Source: Vezdaea acicularis (lineage: Eukaryota). From it: a stretch of DNA of 64,000 nt. Positions 54,231 through 64,000 of this stretch are shown here, one piece after another. The position numbers and the translations under genes are program-made. The notes beneath the pieces were generated by a model. It made no database searches, was not told the origin of the DNA, and saw only the letters and a program-made list of their open reading frames with translations. The stretch spans positions 1 through 64,000 of the forward strand of contig JAPEUI010000032.1 in the NCBI GenBank assembly GCA_026025075.1, written 5' to 3'. Numbering within the stretch: the stretch's first letter is position 1; each line of letters opens with the position of its first letter.

Positions 54231-54498
54231 GATTCTCTATGATATTTCGGCGATCAGTTTGTATGGTAAATTCAGGTGTAACATGGAAACATAAGGTGAA
54301 GCTGAATAAAGTTGGGTGAGATTTTATGTCATATTGGACTGGGGTAACGCCTTGAGCTTTCTTTGGGTTCCCCGTCGCGAACGCCGCAACTTCGCACCTT
54401 TCCCTATTAGGCCAAGCTTCCCGCTGAGAAACGCGATGCTTATGGACCACTTTGGCCGAGCTCCTTAACAGATCTAACTTTCACCCGGCAGACTCACA

Positions 54499-55342
54499 AT
54501 GTCGTTAAAACCATTCTTATCAGTTGGTGTAGCCCTACGGCCTAAGATTCTGGCCGATACATTTAGTCCTCCAATATTCCTTGCGCCGTCACTACAGTTT
54601 ACAAGACAAAAATCTTCTCATCGAGTCCTCCGTCGTCGCCCTAAACCTCCGCCAATCCGCCATCCTGACCGTGTTCACAACCGCGGCCGAGGAGAGTCAG
54701 CCATAAGGAGAACCGGCCTACGCCATCAATTCGCCCTTGCAGGCTCTAAACAGCCTCTACCGGTGCCAAATAACTGGAAACCAAAGATTGAGGTTGCGGA
54801 GAATCATGGACTTTGGCAATTTTTCCAAGACAAGAAGACACCCGTGATCGACCCAACAGTGATGGCTAGTCATGGTATGAGTGCAACGTCCTGTCTCCTG
54901 TTATGGGACTAATGGGTGAATTGTAGGTCGGCCATGGACAGCTGCCGAGCTTCGAGGCAAGTCTTGGGAGGATTTGCACAGCTTATGGTGGGTATGTGCC
55001 AAGGAGAAGAATAGAATTGCTACATCATCAAACGAGCGCAAAGCTTTGGGGGATGGTTATGGAGAATATGAAGAGAAGGAGCGCTACAACACCGTCAACA
55101 AGACGCAGAGAGCTATCAAGCATGTCTTAACGGAAAGATACTATTCATGGCAAGATGCAACCAAGATAGCGGCCAACGATAGAGAGGTCGACATGAGTGG
55201 GGAAGGCCCAGCCTATGTCCCTGAAGCTTTCGAGGCGAGTATCCCTTTCTGACTCGAGTTGAACGCTTCTAACGAGTAGCAGGAGGACGCGCTAGAAGAA
55301 TCGCCTCAGGAGGAGCGAAGATCGTCGAGTGCTTCAGCTTGA
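54499..55342 (+). CDS. MRPL4: Mitochondrial large-subunit ribosomal protein uL29m (MrpL4/MRPL47)
   Basis: Basic presequence-like N-terminus, RGESAIRRTG, HGLWQFF, HG|RPWTAAELRGKSWEDLHSLWWVCAKEKNRIAT and TQRAIKHVLTERYYSW. The last exon depends on a GC-AG intron. Confidence 0.92.
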
Positions 55343-55711
55343 TTCTGGGTCGTTTCTAAACCAGTCATATGTGCTCGCACATATGCGTGGAGATATCATT
55401 CTGTTTCAGCGAAGTGTCATCTGTCAGATTCATCTTAGACGTGCCACTTCTCCGGCAGACCACAACCATGCCGCCGTACGCCACAATTTATTCCCTAGTT
55501 TACACAACTGAGAATGAAATTACCAGATGCAAGTCTGGCGGCCATTTGGCTGCCCTTCATGCAAAATAATTGCATCGTGAACGATATCCATCTATCCGCG
55601 CCGATTGGCACAATTTCGAGCTGCAAGATTTTCAGATAATAGCCCATGCCCGTCGGCACTGCAATTCCCTCTCGAATATCATAATGTAGAACCAAACACA
55701 ATCATTTGCGT

Positions 55712-56475
55712 CTAAGTGTTTCGATTATACCTCGCTTTGCCAAAGGTAAATGGAACGTATCGATACTTGATCATATGTTGAATCTGTCGTCTCACTATGA
55801 GATTCGTCAGTAACCCAGATCACGCGTGTTGAGGCTCAGGAAACGCACTCGTCAAGGCAAATAGAATAACCCAGTAAACGACCAGCACCGGCCAGAACAC
55901 CGGGATGTTGAAGATCTCAAACCATGTGCACACAAAGCCAATGGTGATGGCGCGAGTGGCTGAGTACCAGAACTTGAATTCTGGCAACCTTCGAATGAAA
56001 GGTCGAAACTCCTCGTCCTGCCTCGTTGGTAATTTTCCTGCAGCGCCATCGTCCATAATTTCATCTTGCTCCATTTGCGGGTCGAACTTCGGTTGTAAGA
56101 AGGCTAAGAAAAGGTTAAGGAGATATATGCCGAGCGAGTAGCACACTGCCTCGAATTAGAACCGTTGCAATCTCTAAACCTTGCCAGTATCAATGGTAGA
56201 TTGACTCACCAATGTACCAGCCCTCCGCTATTATTATCCGCAGCATGAAGAAAAAAAGGAGAACTCCCGTCCCTATCCATCGATACGTTGTATAAGGAGT
56301 CGACTTATCCAGATAGGTTTGATATTGCTGTAAAGGGATATGTTAGCACCCATACACAATGGCGAAGCGAGCACATCGGAGCAACTCTATTAAGAGAAAT
56401 CCTTACTCTTGCATATCTAGACGTCTGTGCGCTGAACGCCGCGAACGGAGTCTGCTCTGGTTCTCCTGCGTCCAT
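55712..56475 (-). CDS. RER1: Golgi-to-ER retrieval receptor Rer1 (3 introns)
   Basis: [63 protein letters not shown] and [16 protein letters not shown]. Confidence 0.96.
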
Positions 56476-56943
56476 AATGACAGATGACACAGGCCAGCAA
56501 ACCCGCGCAGTACTGCAAATCTCTTCTAGCTAACTTTTTGATGTCCCAAGCAATCAAGCTGTGTGGTCGTAGATCGTGAATGGAGAAATCAAGAATTGCT
56601 GAACGAGTGGCGTGATTCTTGAAGAGGACAGCTAACGGGCTTGATTTTATTTCTTGGGTAGCGAGAGTGAGAATTGCGCCGTGTCCTGCCTTGGGTGGCC
56701 TCAGGGACCTCTGCAGGGTAACTTTCAGTTGTAAGGGCGGCGTCTGCCCAATGCGAAAGGCTTGTAGCCTGAGGCTTAGCTCCTTTTTGCGCCTTGGGCG
56801 TCACTTCCCTGCCTCTAATTGCTACGGTGGGGTACAGCGGCGTGATATGCACCTCGGCAATGCTCTGACCGGACATGTACGTACATACATTCCTTGAATG
56901 CAACTCCAACTCTGGCAGGTTGCGAACGTATTAATCCTGCAGA

Positions 56944-58001
56944 ATGATCAGGTTAAGGCTTCTCAAGCCGGTAGCCCCGTGCTTCGTTCCACGGTCTCCA
57001 ATTAGACTTATCCGGTCATATTCTGCACATGCAGAATCTTCGCCTTATGAGCATATCCTGGTGTCTACACCGAAGAAGGGCGTGGGTATGGGTAGGTAGC
57101 TTTTGTCTCCGGAAGGTGTGGAGCTTCTGCATTGCATATTAGTGGCTAATTGAACCATAGTCCAATTGAATAGACCTAAGGCTCTCAATGCCCTGTGCAC
57201 CCCGCTATACCATGAGCTCAGGGATGCATTGAAAAGGCTTGACAAAGACAGGGACATTGGCGCCATCGTCCTAACTGGCAGCGAGAAGGCCTTTGCTGGT
57301 CAGCCTGTTCCAATTTTGGCCATGAAGGCGTACTAAACATTCTTTTAGCCGGAGCGGATATCAAAGAAATGGAATCTCTATCTTTCTCGGAAGCATACAC
57401 GGATGACTTCATAGAACACTGGTCTGTCCTTAACGCAGAGATCAAGAAGCCCATCATCACAGCAGTTAATGGCTACGCATTGGGCGGGGGCTGTGAACTC
57501 GCGATGATGGGAGACATCCTGTACTGCTCCCTATCCGCAGCTTTCGGACAGCCTGAGATCAAGCTCGGCACTGTTCCCGGTATGGGTGGGAGTCAGCGAT
57601 TGACGCGGGCGATTGGTAAATCGAAGGCCATGGAACTCATCCTAACCGGGAAGAACTTCTCTGGAAAGGAGGCTGAAGCTTGGGGCCTTGCGGCGAGGTG
57701 CTTCAAGACGGCGCAAGAGTGCCTTGACGGGGCAATTGAAACAGCTGAAACGATCGCGGGCCTCAGCAGAGTGGCCATAAAAGCAGCCAAGGATATTGTG
57801 AACAAGAGCCAAGATCTCGGTATCAGGGATGGCGTGGAGTATGAGCGAAAGGTATTCCACAGCTTGTTCGGGAGCGAGGACCAGAAAAGAGGTAAGTCTA
57901 AGGTCTCCCTAGATCATCTAGCGAGGACCTTCCTTACTGATCAATTCCTAGGCATGACTGCATTTGTAAACAAAAAGAAAGCCGAATGGTCACACAGGTA
58001 G
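56944..58001 (+). CDS. echA: Mitochondrial short-chain enoyl-CoA hydratase (crotonase family), 3 introns
   Basis: Arg-rich presequence [76 protein letters not shown] and GMTAFVNKK. Confidence 0.9.
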
Positions 58002-58343
58002 TCCCATTAACAACTTGCAAATCAGGAGTCGCCTCATAGCAGGACATGAGATATCGCCATCTAGAGCTCCTCTCCGTCATCTTACTGTTCAGTTTTTCCT
58101 GCCTAAGATTTGCCAGCCGAAATCCAGTTATCCGAACGAAACTTCCCGTTAGTTCAAAGTCTCGATGCAGAGAGCTCACGATCACACGATTGATATCCAA
58201 CCTCTCCCTTTCTCGGCTATATACTGGGCGCCCGCCAAACCCCTAATCGTTCAACAGGCCGGCGCCCCCACTTATATACAGATGGAGGATTCCCTCCTCG
58301 TCCCCACGGTCCTCGCCTTCACTTCTTACCCTTCCCCCAACCC

Positions 58344-60090
58344 CTACAGCTTCGCCTTCTCCTGCGGCGTCACCAGCGGATCATAAACACTCCTTCCGAG
58401 CGTATCACTCGGCACGCCCGTAGAATGTGCAGACACCCCCTCAGCATCCACGAGCTCTGGCCCCAACTCCTTCACATCCCTCGCCCCCACAAGCCTCATC
58501 CCCATCTCCATCTCATCCCTGAGCAAGCCCATCGCGCGATCAACCCCCTCCTCGCCATACGCACTCATCGCATACAGAAATGGCCTTCCGATGCCCACTC
58601 CACGGGCGCCGAGACACAGCGCCTTGATGATATCCGTCGCGCGCCGCACACCGCCATCGACGTACACTTCAAGGCGATGATCCAAGCCGCGCTCACGCAG
58701 GACAGGCATGACTTCAGCGAGGATCTCGATGCCGCTACGCGCAGTATCGAGCTGGCGACCGCCGTGATTAGAGAGGACGACGCCCGCGACACCCGCGTCG
58801 ATCGCGAGGAGCACATCTTCGACGCGCTGGACGCCCTTGAGGATTATCGGCATGGATGTGATGGACTGGAACCAGGGGATGTCTTTCCAGCTCAGGCTGG
58901 GGTCGATGAAGGAGGAGATGGCGCGGGCGGCGCCTTGGCTGCGGTCGACGCTGCTGCCGCTGCCGCCGCTGGACTGGACGGAGGAGCCGGCGTCGTCGAA
59001 TTTCGAGCGCATGTCTTTCTCGCGTCGGCCGAGTTGGGGAGCGTCGACTGTTATGAAGAGGCCTTTGCAGCCCCGTGCTTCGGCGTGTTGGATGATACGT
59101 TTGGTTATGTCGCGGTTTTCGTTAACCTATAAGGGGGGGTAAATGAGATGGCGATTAGGAGGTGCGAAAAAAGGAGGGAAGAGTGGGTAAGGGCAAGGAA
59201 TAGGGATATAGAAAGGGGGAGATACGTATAATTGCAGCCACTGAACCTGATCCCCCTGACGCGCATCAACAATCTCGTCGAAGGAGCAGCTAGCCAGCGT
59301 GGGAATCATCTGCACGACGTTATGCCTGCGCGCAGCGCGCGTGAGCACGACTTCACCCTCTGGGTTGCCGAGTTTGCCAAGGGCCGTCGCGGTCACGTAG
59401 AAGGGGATGGAGACTTTGGTTCCAAGCATCGTCGTTGAGAGGTCGATGTGCTTCACGTCTTGCAAGACGCGCGGCCGGAACCAGATTTTATGGTAAGCGG
59501 AGTGGTTCTCGCGCATTGTCTGGTAAGTTAGGTGTCAGCATCTATCGCTCTTCTTCACTTTCATGGACTACCCCTTCTGTGAGGGTAGTTGAAATCAGTG
59601 GGACTCACGATCTCATCGTCCGCCCCACTAGAATAATAAGCCCATGCCGTCTTCTTCATGACCCGCCGCGCCACGGCCTCGAAGTCCATCAGATTGAAAC
59701 ACTGCTCCAGCGGCGGCATGCGCGTTATGCGCTCCTGCCGCCCCGCCTCGTCCGGGTCTTCTGTCTTCTGCTCTTGCTTGACCGTCCGCATATCGACGGG
59801 GCCGAGATGTTTGGATTTTTGCAGGTACTTGTCGAGTGTGTCGGGAGGATGGATCGGTTCGTATTCCTCCGTCGCATCGCGCCCGGCATACTTGAGGATG
59901 ATTTTGGGACCGCCGGGATGTTCTATCTGCGAAGTGAGTTTGGTTCGAGGTTACAGAGGAGCGGCAGTATGAAAACGGAGCGCATACCTGGCAGAAACTC
60001 TGTGACATCGTATGCTTTGCCGTGGATTATAACCCAGCATGATTCTCTGCTATTGTGCTTCTCGATCTCGTCACCAGTGAGCTTCTTCAT
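58344..60090 (-). CDS. CYB2: Flavocytochrome b2 (L-lactate dehydrogenase, cytochrome b5 + FMN alpha-hydroxy-acid oxidase domains), 3 introns
   Basis: KHNSRESCWVIIHGKAYDVTEFLP|EHPGG heme domain, AWAYYSSGADDE, PFYVTATALGKLG, TVDAPQLGRRE, PIILKGVQ, LSNHGGRQLD and DGGVRRATD. Ends in -AKL. Confidence 0.93.
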
Positions 60091-60958
60091 GTTGGCGGTT
60101 GTGGCGTGCGCCGCTGCCGCTGCTGGCAGTTGCGCGATTGAGTGGTGGGGGTTAAAGGTTGGAATGTATGGGAATTGAACGTCAAGGCCGTATAGAGGTA
60201 CGATCAACCTCTAGGATTGTAACACATGCACAATGGGCCCAGAATCCTGATGAGGAGAATGTAAAGTTGATAGAGGCAATATCCATGACGGGCGTGGCTT
60301 CTCTTTCTCCACCGGTCTGGGACGATCCAATGCCTCGGTTCAAAGGAGCCAACTGGATTGGGGCTTTCCCCACACGAGCTGCGGAAGCGAAGGTGGTGGG
60401 GGGTGCTGCGGGCGGCAGATGGCTTGAGCTGTGTTCCCTTGCAGAGGCTATTTAACGAGAACAGTGATTTAGCAAGAGAGGTTAGCTCGTATCTACGTCA
60501 CTTGAGCATAAAGATGTATGATGTTCCAGGATCATTGCAAACGTTCTTGGCATGATCAGTTTCGCCCTACACTTCCTTCCCCTAAGGCTATATGAAAGAT
60601 GCTGCAAACCCGCTTTAGACAAGCTCCACGAAGAGAGCATATTAGCCACTCTTGTACGCTGCTTGAACATTGTACAAGATAAGCAAAAGCCGAGACCCCT
60701 GAGGAGAATACGCCGACCGTGGTCAATCGATACAAGCCGCCATTCATTGACGACCGTTACAGCCCAAGCATGAGCGAAGAGCACCCATTATGAGGACAGA
60801 ACGCCAGAGCACAAATGCCCCCGTAGCCAAACTCCAGTATTCGAGCTAAATTAGCCCGAAGAAACATCGATGAGCATGATTTGAGTGCTGCAGCCATCTG
60901 AGTATCCCGTTGAAATCCCGTTCTATGTATCCCGCAATTCCCTTCCTCTTTTCCCTTC

Positions 60959-62064
60959 CTAGACGCCACCGCTGCTGACTCGAGTCTCAACGGGTTGCGC
61001 GGGCGCTGCTGCTGGAAGTCCCCGCTCGCTCTTCAGCCTCTTGGGAGAGGATATCCCATTAGCGCTTAGGTACGCAGCCTCTTCGTGGTGATGCTTACCA
61101 CTTCCGAGGTTAACGACGGCTTGTGCGGCTGACGCCTGCGTTTGTAATTGACTGACTGCTGGGGCTGGGATTGTTGGGCTGGACTGGGGTAAGGACTGGT
61201 AGGTTTCGCCAGACCTAGAAGTGTCTCCTTGAGGATGCGGTAAATTGATATTTGATGGTGGTTGAGGAAATTCGCCTTGGGACTCAATAAGGCGGGATTG
61301 AAGGTTGATGATGTAGTCTCGTAGTTGGTAGTTCTCTGCTTGTATTGCTTTGTAGCTTTCTTCCAGCGCATGTAGATCTCGCACTTGTTCCTCCAACTTC
61401 TTGATGTATCCTTCTTTTCGTTGTCGGAAAGCGCGCTACATCGTTATGTAAGCGTATGGTCTTTTGGATGACAACAATTTGACAAAGCAACTAGACGACC
61501 CTTCCGTCAAACCAAATTTCTTGGTCATCCAACATATCTCGAATCTCAAAAATATGCTCCAGAATGAGAGATTGCGATCAACTTACTTGCGCTGCCCGAT
61601 TTTGTGCGGCGCGTTTCGACGTTGATAGCTCCCGCTTTCCGCCCTTCTTCCCTGATCCATCGACGTTCTCGTCCCCACTATCATTGCTGGTCGTGCCGTG
61701 CTGGCCAGAGCCGGCAATGGCCGGATCGATGTTATGGTCGTGGGGGCTGGCGGAGCTTGATGGTCTTTGATCCATACTTTGAGGGCCCGACGACCTTGGT
61801 GACTGATGCAGCGCAGCAGCCAGCGAATCTCTTAAAGCTAGACGTCCATCGCTCAGGTCAGCATCTCTGTGACTCAAGGCTCCAGCGTCGCTTTTCCTCG
61901 ACTGTCTGGCCACTGCATCTGAGCAAACTACGTACCTTGGTCGCTAGCATCCTAGACTGCTGTCAGCATTCACTGTTGCGCCATGCTGTTTGAGACATGG
62001 ATGACTCGGTGCTTACCTGAGCAGTAGCTTGAAGGTGTTGCGGCGATGGTAGTATCGATTGCAT
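60959..62064 (-). CDS. kapC: Yap-related bZIP transcription factor, KapC-like (2 introns)
   Basis: GKRELSTSKRAAQNRAAQ|RAFRQRKEGYIKKLEEQV...YKAIQAENYQLRDYIINLQSRLIESQGEFPQPPSNINL and the HNIDPAI motif. Confidence 0.82.
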
Positions 62065-64000
62065 TATTTTCAACAATGTTGCCGCTGAAGGAGGAGGCCT
62101 TGTCATTGCCAGGTGAGCTCGCAGGTAGTGGGGATTGAGACGGAGACAAGTGCCCACTTCAAAGGCTCCAGTGCCAACACAAGTCGTCTACCGTGACACT
62201 TCAAATTGGTGCAGTACTAGAGTGCGACGGGCCAAGCGTTCCGAGGAAGTGGCGGTAGGGCGAACGAGTGTTCGAGAGTCGAGGAAGGATTGAGCAACGG
62301 GGAACTCACGGCCGTCACAACGCGAAAACGGCGAGTCGGGGAAAGGATTCAGATATGAAGGTTGCCGAGGGCGCTCGGGGAGAGACAGTTTGGTTATGGT
62401 CGATTCATAAATGGCTAGCGGCTAAGGAACATCTGAACGGAGTTGCGATGCGTAGAGAAAAGGTATGTGGGTATGTCATCCGTCTGCTTACGCAGGTGGG
62501 TCAGACGGTCAGTAGTGCACGCACAAGTCGTATAGCAGCGACAAAGCAAGAGGGTTCGCCAAGCACGCCGTGGAGGTTGCTCCTACAGTATACGCTCCTC
62601 ATTCACTCTGAGCAGTGAAGGGTGGGCGGACGCTGGCTATCTGGCTACCGGCGCTTGGCCCTAGCAATTTGGGACCATGTCCTTGTAGACAAACGCGATT
62701 ACTAGGCGCTAGGGCAGCGATCACAATGAGCTCACCGAGGCAAGAAAGAGAGATGTGCAGCACAAGGGGCGGGTCAAGCTTGTGCAGATGGGCCCCCTCT
62801 CCTATGCTACGACTTATGTTCAAAAGCCGCAGTCGATATGCCCCTTGAAGGCTATTCGATCACCTCTTCGCCGGCATGCATCAACTAAGTTCTGACCAGG
62901 CGAGCGCCACGACCGAAGTGCATTGATGATGTAAGAAAATCTGGCGCCAATCATCTTCAAAAGGCCCCCTCCGGCGCATCTTCCACGGTGAGGAGCCCTC
63001 CCGGATTGCAGCGGTCCCGTCCTCAGGGCCTTCTCTTTGCCGCATCGGACATGGTCCCGAGGAGTACTGTTGCGGCACAGAACGCTGGCTTCAGGATGAG
63101 GATGAGGGAGAGGGGCATCCCGCGCCCATTTTGAAGCTGAAGCATGGCGCTATATTGCATAATCCTCGCGGCCGCTGCCATCCGCCGGCTTCAAAGGATC
63201 CCCGTGGATTATTAATGCGCGGGGCTTGCACGCCCAATGAGAGACGACCGCCAACTACGGACGCGTATGTTTTTGAGAGACATGTCTATCCGTCAAGGAG
63301 AGCAAAAAGCATCGGTGTGACAACGGCAGTCACCGGAAGAGAGAAAAGTCATGGGGCTGAACGACTGTGGGTTGGGCTATCGCAGGATTACGTAAAATGT
63401 TTGTCATGGCCTGGGGGCTTCGGCCACTCATCGCGACCTTTCTCCATGTGCCATGGACAATGTCGCAAGCTCCGCAGTCAGTCTGGAGACTTTTTTGACA
63501 GAGCTACCAGTGTCTCGTGCGTTCTAGGGTCTAGTGGGGTACAAGCAATTGTGGCGCTTTCTTTGCTTCCCTCGGTCCCGTTTTGTCAACTATCTTTTCT
63601 CTCGAAGCATTTGGTGCGTCCAAGTTTTCATGCACATCTCACCGGTCGAGTGCGACCACGCGGCTTAAGGTCCGCTCCACACAACTGACACCTGTGAGAG
63701 ACTTGCCCAATCAGTGAAACCCTAGACCTAGGTGTTTCTCCGTTTGACATGCCCTGGCGGTCCTTCACCCGTTACCCAAACCCCACTACTACCCTCGCAT
63801 CAGTCCACCAAAGACTGCCAGGTCTCCCTCTCCTTACCAGACGCCATAATCCCACGTGAAAACTACGCGACGTAGCAATTGAACGACGCGTATCAGAAAG
63901 TTTATTGATTACTGGACACAAGGGTCTAATCTTGATTTCGATGAGCTGTACAACTCCAAGACGATTGTATACCCGAGCTTGCGTGCTTAGACCAAGAGTT

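Noticed and set aside
45430..60090. Carboxylate transporter, enoyl-CoA hydratase and cytochrome b2 as a metabolic gene cluster
   Set aside because: They are separated by unrelated housekeeping genes (CDC73, NOT2, MRPL4, RER1), and I saw no shared regulatory motif.
63131..63688. 185-aa ORF near the right edge
   Set aside because: Non-ATG start and no coding-like features. More likely promoter or leader DNA for kapC or the next gene.

Overview
Intron-rich eukaryotic genomic DNA from a filamentous ascomycete (Pezizomycotina; inferred from GT-AG introns with CTRAY branch points and from gene content). About 20 protein-coding genes can be supported, mostly housekeeping: CON7-like C2H2 factor, DBP2, ASH2/BRE2, ENP1, NCB2, SLH1/ASCC3, ORC4, an Argonaute, a GPR1/FUN34/YaaH transporter, CDC73, NOT2, MRPL4, RER1, enoyl-CoA hydratase, flavocytochrome b2 and a KapC-like bZIP. 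A small accessory-looking block at ~27-31 kb holds a secreted Cys-rich protein, an AhpD-like protein and a hypothetical protein. I found no tRNA, rRNA, CRISPR array or transposon. The most interesting signals are: (i) two candidate RNA-structure autoregulatory elements in DBP2 introns, a hairpin-packed intron at the conserved yeast position and a stem-gated 51-nt poison exon in intron 1; (ii) a divergent Argonaute with an intact D-E-D-D tetrad and a >2 kb multiply spliced leader; (iii) a modular, Kex2-cleavable 8+6+4-Cys secreted precursor; (iv) an AT-hook ORC4; (v) a cytochrome b2 with a PTS1 signal and no presequence. All exon structures were read by eye and no database searches were run, so I cannot establish that any of these is previously undescribed.
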